A DNA stretch of 61,283 nucleotides, taken from assembly GCA_018396975.1 (NCBI GenBank), contig JAGTQA010000014.1, positions 1 through 61,283 on the forward strand. The letters run 5' to 3'. Below, piece by piece: positions 49,340 through 58,683 of this stretch. The position numbers were made by a program, and so were the translations under genes. How positions within the stretch are numbered: position 1 is the first letter of the stretch; the number at the start of each line of letters is the position of its first letter. The notes under the pieces are model-generated. The model ran no database searches, was not told the origin of the DNA, and saw only the letters and a list, made by a program, of their open reading frames with translations. This DNA is from Candidatus Bathyarchaeota archaeon (GTDB lineage: Archaea > Thermoproteota > Bathyarchaeia > Bathyarchaeales > DTEX01).

Positions 49340-49993
49340 TCACCACTCACAAATTTCATACATTCTCTCCAGATAAGTATTTGGATCAGTCTCCCTAACT
49401 ACGCCCCTATCAACATCAATTATGTATATAGCGTGAAGTCTCGCGTTTTTTATTTCCTCAATACTTACTGGTGGATTACTATAATATAGGTCGCATAAGG
49501 CTTTTATCTCCCTTATTTCACTAGGAGTTCGATAGCGCGGAGGCTTAGCCAACGCTGACGGAAACCATAAAGTATAATATGGTGGGGTTGCCAAAGCAAA
49601 TTTTTCAGCGTAACCACTATATCTTGTTATTTTACTAGTAACTCTAGCCTTACAATATGTTATTGGATCAACAGCATGCTCCGGTGGAACATAACCAGTC
49701 TCAACCTCAACAATCAAGCTGCCTAGACCTTTCAGGGCATATATGTCGCATGACAGCCCATTCAAGGCATACTCTAAATCAACATAGTAACCACCTAAAA
49801 TAAGGTATTTTGCACACACAATTTCCATGATTGAGTGATTAATTTTGACGGCATTCCTCCTATATAAGAGAATTAGTTTATCCCTCAACCTAAAAATCTG
49901 CTGGCAAACCCTCTCACTCTCACCACTACACAACCTATTAACAATAAGATTCAAATCTTCCTCAAACCGCTCAACAGACCTCTCCAACACCAC
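49340..49993 (-). CDS. Hypothetical protein with PD-(D/E)XK nuclease-like core
   Basis: E...CDIYALKGLGSLIVEVETG...K arrangement resembles Hjc-type D-x(n)-E-x-(K/E) cores. GTG start. Confidence 0.4.
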   Translation of the reverse strand: MVLERSVERFEEDLNLIVNRLCSGESERVCQQIFRLRDKLILLYRRNAVKINHSIMEIVCAKYLILGGYYVDLEYALNGLSCDIYALKGLGSLIVEVETGYVPPEHAVDPITYCKARVTSKITRYSGYAEKFALATPPYYTLWFPSALAKPPRYRTPSEIREIKALCDLYYSNPPVSIEEIKNARLHAIYIIDVDRGVVRETDPNTYLERMYEICEW

Positions 49994-50064
49994 TCTCCAA
50001 AAAATATTAAATTTTTAGATTTAAAAATTTGTGCAAAAGATCTTATATACTGAGAGATTTAAAT

Positions 50065-50215
50065 AATTAAGTGCCAAGCCAGAAAGTAGGCTTTAAGCAC
50101 TGCGTTTAAGCAAAGAGCACGCCAGCCGAAACGGCTGAAGGCTGGTGTGCGATAAAGACTTTGCTTAAACGGGCCGGACAGTGCTTAAGGCTTAGATCTG
50201 GCTTGGCACTTAATT
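50065..50215 (+). ncRNA. Candidate structured RNA: 151-nt rod-like hairpin of unrecognised family
   Basis: Four nested helices paired by hand: 50065-83/50197-215 (19 bp perfect), 50087-102/50179-194 (16 bp, 2 G-U), 50103-115/50159-171 (13 bp perfect), 50117-127/50140-150 (11 bp, 1 G-U). AT-rich TATA-like boxes lie upstream and a TTTT run follows at 50214-50217. Confidence 0.4.
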
Positions 50216-50413
50216 TTGTTGAGTCAATATGCTTATTCGGTTTTCGTTCGATTATATGTGTAGTACAGCATCTATTTAAACTGTGCAGAGATTATGTTGA
50301 GTGACAAAGCTTGGTTATCTTCATTTAAGCGACCCATAGGTCATTTAGAAAGGCTCCAAGTTATTCTTAGTCACGTTCAAATTCATTACCACAATAGCTT
50401 GGTTATACTTTCC

Positions 50414-52195
50414 TCATTGTTCGGATTCTATCTTCTTTAGTTGTCTCCTATACATTTCTACTATTTCGTCCACTCTTGTCGCGTCTTCTGGAGATTTGTC
50501 CGTGCGGTATCTTCCTGTAAACCTTGGGAACCTTATTGCTAGCCCGCTCCCCTTCCTTATTAGGTCTCTTGCGCATGTGTGGATTGGGCTTAGGGTTATC
50601 TCCGCGCCAATAACTTCTATAACCATTTTGGGTAAGAACCATACATCTGCCTCAAGGTTTGAGTTCACTCTTGGATGCCTATGCCCTATCCTATATGGCT
50701 CAAGCATCTTTGGTAGGCTCTGCAGATCTTCATCCGTGAAGCCTGATCCACACTTACATATTGTTTCGAATGTGTCATTTTCATGGTTGTAGGCTGCTAG
50801 AAGTAGTGCACCATATGTTCCAGCCCTCCTACCCCTCCCATAGAATGCTCCAACAACAACTAGGTCAACTGTGTCAATCATCTCGCTCTTATAATCGCGC
50901 TTATATTTTATCCAGAGCCAGCCTCTCGCACCAGCCTGATAAACCGCATCGCCGCTTAATGATTTGCAGACAAGCCCCTCACATCCGGCCTCAACAGCCT
51001 CCTCAAAGAATCTCTCTAGATCTTCGACATTATCCACTATCAGATACTTCGCTAACTGAAATCTATCGCTCTGCTCGATTATTTTCTCAAGAATCTCGTG
51101 CCTAACTGGATAGGGATCCAGCGTCAGATCTCTTCCATCAACATAAAGGACGTCGAATGCGAACAGCGAGACTGGATACTCACTTGCCGCCTTAGCAATG
51201 TCATATTTGCGTCTCCTATGCATGAGCTCTTGGAAGGGCATCATCTCACCAGTATCTAGGTTTACGGCGACGCACTCGGCTTCTATAATCGCTTCCTTCG
51301 CCTTTACATGCGTCCTGATCAACTCAACAGCATCTGGATACTGGCTTGTTATATTCTCAAGCCTCCTAGAGAACAATATTATTTTATCCTTGTCCTTGTG
51401 AGCTTGTATTCGCTCCCCATCATACTTGTATTCGGCTATGCACTTTCCGCCCAACTTCTCGAGTATTTCGTTTGGCGAGGATAGTCTCTCAGCCAGCATT
51501 GGCCTAATAGGATTCCCAACTGATACTCTAAAGTTTTTGAGGGCTTCAATTCCACCCTCGGCAACGGCTTTCGCAACCTTACCTAGATCGGAGGATATGT
51601 TATATGCCCTCTCGATTATGTCCCTAGCGTTCTTTCCTCCACCGTAAGCTATCGCTAGGGCGTCTAGAACGGTCATGTCAGCTATTCCAAGGCGTAGCTT
51701 CCCGGTAACGGTTCTAATTATATATTTCGCATCCTTAGGCGATGCATCAGCCAGAAGCCCAGCCAAAAGATTCACCTTTAAGTCCACAGAGCCCTCTCCA
51801 GACGCCTTCGCTATTTTATCAAGCGTCTGATAAACCCTCTCAACAGTTAATGGCTTCCGGAAAAATGATACTTGACGCCTCTTCTCAAGAAAATTCTGCG
51901 CGGTCTCTCCTAAATCTCCAGTCCTTGCAAGATCCTCATCTATCTCGCTCTCTTTACGCCCAGATGCCTTGGCAAGAGCCTTTATCGCAAGTCTCTCCGC
52001 AACACCAATCTCTATACCCATAAAGTCGGGATAAAGCTTCCCCTGAGTTAAATAAACGACTTTATCAATGATCTCCTTAGGTGTTTTCCTGAAGAAGTCA
52101 ACTAGGTAATCGGTCATTTCAAGCCTCTTAGTTGTGCTCTCAATCCTCTCATATGCTTCAGTGACCAGCGAGTAGTCCACCATGAAATCCCCCAA
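50414..52195 (-). CDS. lig: ATP-dependent DNA ligase (paralog B)
   Basis: Motif I EYKYDGERIQAH. EGLVCKSL...WLWIKYK. VDLVVVGAFYGRGRR. Motif VI AIRFPRFTGRYRTDKSPEDAT. Confidence 0.92.
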   Translation of the reverse strand: MGDFMVDYSLVTEAYERIESTTKRLEMTDYLVDFFRKTPKEIIDKVVYLTQGKLYPDFMGIEIGVAERLAIKALAKASGRKESEIDEDLARTGDLGETAQNFLEKRRQVSFFRKPLTVERVYQTLDKIAKASGEGSVDLKVNLLAGLLADASPKDAKYIIRTVTGKLRLGIADMTVLDALAIAYGGGKNARDIIERAYNISSDLGKVAKAVAEGGIEALKNFRVSVGNPIRPMLAERLSSPNEILEKLGGKCIAEYKYDGERIQAHKDKDKIILFSRRLENITSQYPDAVELIRTHVKAKEAIIEAECVAVNLDTGEMMPFQELMHRRRKYDIAKAASEYPVSLFAFDVLYVDGRDLTLDPYPVRHEILEKIIEQSDRFQLAKYLIVDNVEDLERFFEEAVEAGCEGLVCKSLSGDAVYQAGARGWLWIKYKRDYKSEMIDTVDLVVVGAFYGRGRRAGTYGALLLAAYNHENDTFETICKCGSGFTDEDLQSLPKMLEPYRIGHRHPRVNSNLEADVWFLPKMVIEVIGAEITLSPIHTCARDLIRKGSGLAIRFPRFTGRYRTDKSPEDATRVDEIVEMYRRQLKKIESEQ

Positions 52196-52315
52196 ATCAA
52201 GATATTTTAGTTAAAGCGAGCATTTAACCTTAGCTTTAGAGCAATATAGTAGAGTATATTGGGGCATGTTAATCAATAGAAAAACTTATTTAGAGTATAA
52301 CAGAACCCTAATCTT

Positions 52316-52397
52316 GGGATGGGGCGGAGGGCATCTCAGGTAGATAGTGGGAGAAAATTGGTCTCGGAGAAATCAAGAGGGATTTCCGCCCCATCCC
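52316..52397. repeat. GC-rich 13-bp inverted repeat enclosing a 56-nt loop
   Basis: GGGATGGGGCGGA (52316-52328) is perfectly complementary to TCCGCCCCATCCC (52385-52397). Lies between the stop of the membrane/Zn-ribbon gene and the ligase B start. Confidence 0.6.
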
Positions 52398-52431
52398 TCC
52401 CAAATTACTGTGAGAGACAATTTTCCCCACT

Positions 52432-53325
52432 TTAAAGTCTCCTCCCACAGTTTGGGCAGTATAGGGCATCATAGGGCAGAAGCTGCCCGCAATAATAGCA
52501 AAATTTTGCTTCTTGTATAGGTAGATAACGCTCTTCATGTACTGAGGGAAGTGGACGCGCCATCCTTCGCCATCTCAATCCATAATATAAATGAGTTATG
52601 CTTATCGGATATAGGGGCTCAACTAGCGTGATAAGAAGTATCCTGATGACATGCCTTACCAAAATCTGCCGATAGTATCTGTAGAGAATTATGGAGAGGG
52701 CCTCAGCAACTAAGTAAGATAGGACGAACATTGCGAAGAGGGCTGCTAGGAGCAGGAATATCTTCCACCACATATTATCACTCATCTCTTTACTTCTCCT
52801 CAAGCTATCGAGAGCCCCTAGACGCTCAATCACCATGACTGGAGTAGATAGACTAAAGATTATGGCCATTATCAGCCCCGGAAATATTAGGAGAATAAAA
52901 CCTAACACCACTAGGGCTCCGACAACAAGACTTACCATTAGTAGGCGCCCAGAGAGATGGAAGGTCAGCTTCAAGTTTTTAGTGATCTCCACCCTCCTCC
53001 CCTCAAGAATTTCTGAAACACAGCCTATAACTATGCTATTACCAAAATTCGTTATTAACCAGATGATTAAAATGGAGATAGAAAAAGCCATTATCGCGGA
53101 AACTCCATAATTTACTAGCCAGGAAAGAACGCCGCCCGGCAGCTCAGAGGGCACACTGAGAGATGGTATAAAATCAGTAATAGCGTGCACCAAAACAGCA
53201 TTAATTATGTTTAGGATTAAGAAAATCGCATAGAACATTTCCATCTTGGCGAAATACACAGAAAATGATTTATCCAATATCTCCAACACTGAAATTTTGC
53301 GCGCAACAAAGTTTGTCGACGCCAT
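52432..53325 (-). CDS. Polytopic membrane protein with C-terminal double zinc ribbon
   Basis: Multiple hydrophobic helices. C-terminus CYYCG...CPNCGRRL. Confidence 0.55.
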   Translation of the reverse strand: MASTNFVARKISVLEILDKSFSVYFAKMEMFYAIFLILNIINAVLVHAITDFIPSLSVPSELPGGVLSWLVNYGVSAIMAFSISILIIWLITNFGNSIVIGCVSEILEGRRVEITKNLKLTFHLSGRLLMVSLVVGALVVLGFILLIFPGLIMAIIFSLSTPVMVIERLGALDSLRRSKEMSDNMWWKIFLLLAALFAMFVLSYLVAEALSIILYRYYRQILVRHVIRILLITLVEPLYPISITHLYYGLRWRRMARPLPSVHEERYLPIQEAKFCYYCGQLLPYDALYCPNCGRRL

Positions 53326-53398
53326 ATAAGTCCCACAAATTAAAAAATGGGAAGGTTGGTTAGAGTCTTACTCGCACATTGGAAGTGCTGTCTAACGC

Positions 53399-53527
53399 CT
53401 ACTTCTTTATATACTCACGGAATTTCTTGCCGCAACATTCATAGAGCTTTATGTGGACTCTAGGACCTAAATCCCACTCCTTCACGAGCTTCGCTTCTTG
53501 TCCGCAGACTGGACATTTCATCCTCAT
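53399..53527 (-). CDS. 42-aa zinc-ribbon micro-protein
   Basis: Hand translation: MRMKCPVCGQEAKLVKEWDLGPRVHIKLYECCGKKFREYIKK*. GGAGG lies 5 nt upstream of the first ATG. Occupies an otherwise empty gap. Confidence 0.5.
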   Translation of the reverse strand: MRMKCPVCGQEAKLVKEWDLGPRVHIKLYECCGKKFREYIKK

Positions 53528-53600
53528 TCAGCCTCCAACCCATACTATAACAGCCATGTATATTTAAGGCTTAAATGTCAATGTGATGTTCGAGGGATCA

Positions 53601-54521
53601 CTACCTTTTAACCCTCTTCACATATCTGTATGCCTGTAAAGCCGCCATAGCTCCCTCACCGACAGCCGTTGCTACCTGCATTCCACCACATGTGCAGTCG
53701 CCCGCTGCAAATACGCCCTCAATATTAGTTGATTGCATCCTATCAACCCTAATACATCCTCTCTCATCAACCATGATCCCAGCCTTTCTAACGATAGTTG
53801 TGGCTGGGACATTACCCAATACAATAAATACTCCGTCAACGCTAACTTCTTCAACACCCGCTTGACCTACTAGAGTTATAGATTTAACGTATATATCGCC
53901 ATTTATCGACTTTACATTAGCATCCCTAAACTCAATATTCATCTTCTCACTACACTTTCGGAGTAGATCTTCATCGACTTCGCCTCTCCCACCATGAGCC
54001 ACCACTATAACCTTCTTGGCGAAATTTGAGATATATAGCGCGTCCTCAAGGGCCTCATTATTAAAGCCGATTACCGCAACGGTCTTATCCTTAAAAAATG
54101 GGGCATCACAGATCGCACAGTATGACACTCCCCGACCTAGAAATTCACTTTCTCCCGGAACAGTAATCTTCTTCCTCTGCGTCCCAGTTGCAATTATAAC
54201 GCTATAACCATAGTATTTGCCGCTTCTGCAGGTTACAGATCTGGGAAAACCCTTAAGATCTATATCTAATACCTCCTCCGGAAACCTTATTTCAGCCCCA
54301 AAATTCTCAGCCTGCTTAATCATCCTCTCAATAAGCTCAACGCCGGATATCCCCTCTGGAAAGCCCGGAAAATTCTCTATTAATGGTGCCTCAGCAGCCC
54401 TACCACCGGGCAAGTTGGCCTCTAAGACCAATGTCTTCAGCCCCATTCTCGAGGCATATATGGCAGCTGTCAGCCCAGCTGGACCCGCACCGATAACTAT
54501 TACATCATAGATAACATTCAT
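53601..54521 (-). CDS. trxB: Thioredoxin reductase (FAD-dependent pyridine nucleotide-disulfide oxidoreductase)
   Basis: VIVIGAGPAGLTAA, redox-active CAICD, second dinucleotide fold AVIGFNNEA, GDC near the C-terminus. Start set at MNVIYD. Confidence 0.85.
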   Translation of the reverse strand: MNVIYDVIVIGAGPAGLTAAIYASRMGLKTLVLEANLPGGRAAEAPLIENFPGFPEGISGVELIERMIKQAENFGAEIRFPEEVLDIDLKGFPRSVTCRSGKYYGYSVIIATGTQRKKITVPGESEFLGRGVSYCAICDAPFFKDKTVAVIGFNNEALEDALYISNFAKKVIVVAHGGRGEVDEDLLRKCSEKMNIEFRDANVKSINGDIYVKSITLVGQAGVEEVSVDGVFIVLGNVPATTIVRKAGIMVDERGCIRVDRMQSTNIEGVFAAGDCTCGGMQVATAVGEGAMAALQAYRYVKRVKR

Positions 54522-54681
54522 CTTCACACCCCACAAATATATCTTCCATTGATTCTGAAATAAATAGTGTGTGGGTTGCAGTTTTGCAATTTTAAGGCTT
54601 AATCCATGGGGTTATCAGTATAAAAATATTTATGTAATTTTCCTATTTCTTTCATTTTAGGATCATTGAAGTGTGAGGCAT

Positions 54682-56508
54682 ATGTCAAGTTTAAGTCTTG
54701 AAGAGTATATAATGAACATGGCAAATATTCTGAGGTTACATAGCGTTAGATCCACAACAAAGGCTAAATCTGGTCATCCAACGAGCTGCCTCTCAAGCGC
54801 TGAGATCGTGGCAACACTATTCTTTGGCGTAATGAACTTTGATCCGAAGCACATTAATTACTTAGACAATGATGAATTTGTCCTATCAAAGGGGCATGCT
54901 GCTCCAGTTCTATATGCGGCTCTAGCCGAGGCCGGCGTAATCCCGAGAGAGAAGATCATGACATTAAGGCAGTTCGATTCCGAGCTTGAGGGCCACCCTG
55001 TTCCTAGAATTAATGGAATAAGGGTTGCAACTGGCTCACTCGGTCAGGGGCTCTCTATAGGCCTAGGCATGGCCTACGCTAAGAGACTCCTAGGAATCAA
55101 TAGGCGAGTCTATGTTCTCTTGGGGGATGGTGAGGTTGCGGAGGGGTCGGTTTGGGAGGCATTAAACCTAGCTGGAAAACTTAGGCTGTCAAATCTGGTT
55201 GCCATATTAGATATGAATAGGCTTGGCCAGAGCGAGCCAACAATGTTCCAGTGGGATTGGGAGGCCTATGCTAGAAGGGTTAGCGCCTTCGGCTGGAATG
55301 TTACAGTATGTGATGGGCATGATGTTAGGGATTTGATGAGAGCTTTTGAGGAGGCTAAGAAGTCTGATAAGCCATTCTTTATAATCGCTAAGACTGTTAA
55401 GGGAAAGGGGGTGAGCTTTCTAGAGAATATTGAGGGCAGGCATGGGACAGCCCTAAGTGATGAAGAGCTCAGCCGAGCTGAGAGGGAGATACTCCCAAAA
55501 ATAGTGGACACCAATATTCAGCCAATGAATCTCATAGAGGCTAAGATACCGATTGAGCCTAGAAGGAAATACTCAATTAAGACCGAGTATAAGATCGGCG
55601 ATATGATAGCTACTAGAGAAGCATTCGGAAGAGCACTTGTTAAGCTAGGTGAGCAAAACGAGAGAATGATTGTTCTAGATGGCGACGTGAAAAATTCGAC
55701 GTTCACAATATACTTCTTCAATAAGTTCCCGGAAAGAAGCCTACAATGTTATATTGCAGAGCAGAATATGGTTGGTGTAGCAGTTGGGCTCCAGACGCAA
55801 GGATTCGATGTATTCCTATCATCATTCGCATGCTTCCTCTCAAGGGCCTTTGACCAAATAAGGATGGCAGCCTATTCTAGGGCAAACCTCAAAATAGCTG
55901 GCTCACATGCGGGCGTATCAATAGGTGAGGATGGGCCCTCACAGATGGGCCTAGAGGATCTAGCTCTCTTCAGAGCAGTCTTCGGCAGCATAGTCCTATA
56001 TCCATGCGATGCTGTAAGCGCTGAGAAACTTACATGCGCTATGGCAAATTATGAGGGCATATCCTATATTAGAACGACTAGGCCTAAAACTCCGGTCATT
56101 TATAGTAATGATGAGGAGTTTTATATTGGGGGCTCGAAGACGCTTAGATACAGCAAGAGTGATGAGGCAACCGTTGTAGCTGCCGGAATAACGGTCCATG
56201 AGGCTCTAAAGGCCTATGAAAAGCTGAAGGCTGAGGGAATTAGCATCAGAGTTATAGACTGCTATTCGGTGAAACCCCTAGATGCAGAGACTTTAATTAA
56301 GGCTGCTGAGGAGACAAAGCATATAATAACTGTTGAAGACCATTATCCGGAGGGCGGACTCGGCGAGGCTGTAGCATCACTAGGGCTAAGACCACACATA
56401 TTGGCCGTCAGAAAGATGCCACACTCTGGAAAACCAGAGGAGCTTATGGCGGAGCAGGGAATAGATTCAGCTGGCATAGTAAGAAAGGTGAAGGAATTAA
56501 TCTCGTAA
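54682..56508 (+). CDS. tkt: Transketolase (fused N- and C-terminal halves)
   Basis: SGHPTSCLS, GSLGQGLS and GDGE (ThDP-binding), plus a C-terminal pyrimidine-binding/TK-C domain. ATG 54682 is preceded by GTGAGG. Confidence 0.88.
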   Translation: MSSLSLEEYIMNMANILRLHSVRSTTKAKSGHPTSCLSSAEIVATLFFGVMNFDPKHINYLDNDEFVLSKGHAAPVLYAALAEAGVIPREKIMTLRQFDSELEGHPVPRINGIRVATGSLGQGLSIGLGMAYAKRLLGINRRVYVLLGDGEVAEGSVWEALNLAGKLRLSNLVAILDMNRLGQSEPTMFQWDWEAYARRVSAFGWNVTVCDGHDVRDLMRAFEEAKKSDKPFFIIAKTVKGKGVSFLENIEGRHGTALSDEELSRAEREILPKIVDTNIQPMNLIEAKIPIEPRRKYSIKTEYKIGDMIATREAFGRALVKLGEQNERMIVLDGDVKNSTFTIYFFNKFPERSLQCYIAEQNMVGVAVGLQTQGFDVFLSSFACFLSRAFDQIRMAAYSRANLKIAGSHAGVSIGEDGPSQMGLEDLALFRAVFGSIVLYPCDAVSAEKLTCAMANYEGISYIRTTRPKTPVIYSNDEEFYIGGSKTLRYSKSDEATVVAAGITVHEALKAYEKLKAEGISIRVIDCYSVKPLDAETLIKAAEETKHIITVEDHYPEGGLGEAVASLGLRPHILAVRKMPHSGKPEELMAEQGIDSAGIVRKVKELIS

Positions 56509-56647
56509 CATCCATTTTTACTCGCTAAAATCGTAAAAATTTTTATTTAAAACTCAATTAAATGGTTTTAAAATGTTTATTTTAAGCCGATTTTCGTAGG
56601 TAACATTTATATGTCTTGTTCATACCAGTATTGTTGGTGAATTTTTT

Positions 56648-57310
56648 ATGGAAGAATATAAAATGCCATTAATAGGTGACAGATTTCCTCAGATGGAGGT
56701 TAGAACCACCAAGGGCATAATTAAGCTTCCAGACGATTATAGCGGTAAGTGGTTTATTCTGTTCAGCCACCCAGCGGACTTCACGCCAGTATGCACAACC
56801 GAGTTTGTCGCATTCCAGAAGAGATATGAGGAGTTTAAGAAATTAAACTGTGAGCTAATAGGGCTAAGCATAGACCAAGTCTTTGCGCATTTGAAGTGGG
56901 AGGAATGGATTAAAGAGAAGCTCGGCGTAGAGATAATGTTCCCAATAATTGCGGACAACACCGGCGAGATATCCGCGAGATTAGGTATGCGCCATAAGCA
57001 GGCTGCTGGAACACAAACCGTGAGAGCTGTCTTCATAGTTGACCCTAAAGGTATTGTTAGGGCGATACTTTATTATCCAATGGAGCTCGGCAGAAACATG
57101 GATGAGATACTCCGCATGGTGAGGGCGCTACAGATTGCCGATAAAGGCTATGCTATACCAGCCAACTGGCCTAATAATGAGATAATCGGCGACAATGTAA
57201 TTGTCCCACCAGCGAACACTGTGGAAATGATTCAGAAGAGAAGAGAGCAGGAGAAAGCTGGAGAAATAAAGTGTCTAGATTGGTGGCTATGCTACAAAAA
57301 GATAGAATGA
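56648..57310 (+). CDS. Peroxiredoxin (Prx6/archaeal 2-Cys type)
   Basis: [14 protein letters not shown] peroxidatic Cys motif, ~215 aa. An alternative start at the second ATG (MPLIGDRFP) is possible. Confidence 0.9.
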   Translation: MEEYKMPLIGDRFPQMEVRTTKGIIKLPDDYSGKWFILFSHPADFTPVCTTEFVAFQKRYEEFKKLNCELIGLSIDQVFAHLKWEEWIKEKLGVEIMFPIIADNTGEISARLGMRHKQAAGTQTVRAVFIVDPKGIVRAILYYPMELGRNMDEILRMVRALQIADKGYAIPANWPNNEIIGDNVIVPPANTVEMIQKRREQEKAGEIKCLDWWLCYKKIE

Positions 57311-57349
57311 GAGGCCTTTCCACCACTCCCTAAAGCATCACCTCCACTA

Positions 57350-57377
57350 TTTTTTGGAGCAAGAATTTTTTTCTTTT
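57350..57377 (+). terminator. Oligo-T termination signals downstream of peroxiredoxin
   Basis: TTTTTT at 57350-57355 and TTTTTTTCTTTT at 57366-57377, within 70 nt of the stop codon. Confidence 0.4.
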
Positions 57378-57507
57378 AGGAAAGGTTGAAGGAACTATTA
57401 GTGTTTAAAATTAGACTAGCTAAATATCCTTTCACAACAGCTGTTACTATCAGTATCCACCACAATATATATATATTGACAGAAGTTAAGTATTTAGTGA
57501 GGAAGAT

Positions 57508-58683
57508 ATGAGAAAGAGTATTCTTTATGTCGCGTTTACACTATTGCTCCACCTTTCTATACTATGTTGTGGGTCCTTAGCCACATTAGGATATATGGAG
57601 TACATGTATGTTTCAGAGGATAAGCAGGTCGTAGATTTAAATGTAAGCGTTGTTGATGTTGAAGGTAAACCTAAGGATAAATATCTTGTGTTTATCTATC
57701 ACTTAACGGAGGACGGTCCCATTAAGTTATCTGAGGCATTTGTACTTAAAGGTGGGCTTCTGCAGGTAACTATTCCAAGAAAATATATAATGAGATATGG
57801 TGGTATAGGTGTTTTCGCATCAGTTAATCTGCTCATAGACGTATTTACCGAGGATTATTATGTGGGGGGACAGGTGCTTTCGCTCGATCCAACACTTCTT
57901 AAGTGGCCTAGGGATGCAAAATCAGTCCAAATTAAGCTATCTAAGATCGACTTATTTAGTAATTGTAGTGTGGCCCAAAGCCAGATTGAACAGCAGGGTT
58001 CCCCACCGCGACCCGGCTATACGACTGCAAACTATTCATTTACGCCAGTTCTAGAGTATGCTGTCTGGACGAACATTTATGCTAAGACTGAGTATCCAAT
58101 TGGCTCCAAAGTAAGGGTTGAATGTAAGAGGAGATATTACAATGCTGCAACGGGTGAGATAATAAGTCCTTGGTTCTCGCTGGGCGCTACAGAAGTTACC
58201 ATGGATAGAAGTGTTATTAGCGGGGAACATACGGGTGAGAAAAAATACAAGCTCTACTTTGAATTCAAGTATATTTATAGGACTGAGTGCGTAGTATCGG
58301 CGCCACCACTAGCATACGAGATAGTTTATGCCGCTGATACATCCCTAGATCCCAGAGATTATTGTCGGGTGCAAGAATCTTGGGGTGGGAATCTACCGGG
58401 CTACCAACATTACTATATCACTCATCAGGGCGACACGAGTGAAATACCTGTGAGTGGAGGTGTTAACTATGTTTGGTCGGTTGGTGCTGGCTTCTCTATA
58501 AGTGTGGGATATAATGTTTCGGTGGACTTAGGTGTAAGTGTTAGTGTTACACCAGCCCAGGCACCTAGAGCAAAGCTAATTATCAGGGCGGGCTCATGGC
58601 AGCAAGGATATGTCATTCGCACAGAAACACCAGATGAAACATTTAGAGTATCTTACTCTAATTGGGTCTTATGGGGAAGTTAA
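57508..58683 (+). CDS. Secreted hypothetical protein
   Basis: N-terminal signal-like hydrophobic segment (ILYVAFTLLLHLSILCCG). Tyr/Val/Ser-rich, beta-looking sequence. No motif recognised. Confidence 0.5.
   Translation: MRKSILYVAFTLLLHLSILCCGSLATLGYMEYMYVSEDKQVVDLNVSVVDVEGKPKDKYLVFIYHLTEDGPIKLSEAFVLKGGLLQVTIPRKYIMRYGGIGVFASVNLLIDVFTEDYYVGGQVLSLDPTLLKWPRDAKSVQIKLSKIDLFSNCSVAQSQIEQQGSPPRPGYTTANYSFTPVLEYAVWTNIYAKTEYPIGSKVRVECKRRYYNAATGEIISPWFSLGATEVTMDRSVISGEHTGEKKYKLYFEFKYIYRTECVVSAPPLAYEIVYAADTSLDPRDYCRVQESWGGNLPGYQHYYITHQGDTSEIPVSGGVNYVWSVGAGFSISVGYNVSVDLGVSVSVTPAQAPRAKLIIRAGSWQQGYVIRTETPDETFRVSYSNWVLWGS

Noticed and set aside
50065-50215. Hairpin interpreted as SRP RNA, RNase P RNA, H/ACA sRNA or a replication origin
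   Set aside because: It is too short and too simple for archaeal SRP RNA (~300 nt with helices 6/8). I found no GGAA/AGCA helix-8 features, no RNase P CR-I/CR-V strings, no ACA box adjacent to a pocket, and no ORB-like repeats or orc1/cdc6 nearby. A foldback MITE remains a live alternative and is listed as the refutation test.
50308-50406. Direct repeat ACAAnAGCTTGGTTAT at 50304-50318 and 50392-50406
   Set aside because: There are only two copies of ~16 nt in an AT-rich 3' region of ligase B. This may be chance, and there is no structural or positional logic I can support.
52308-52538. 76-aa ORF overlapping the 3' end of the membrane/Zn-ribbon gene
   Set aside because: It overlaps a better-supported gene in another frame and spans the GC-rich inverted repeat. 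Its translation is not protein-like.
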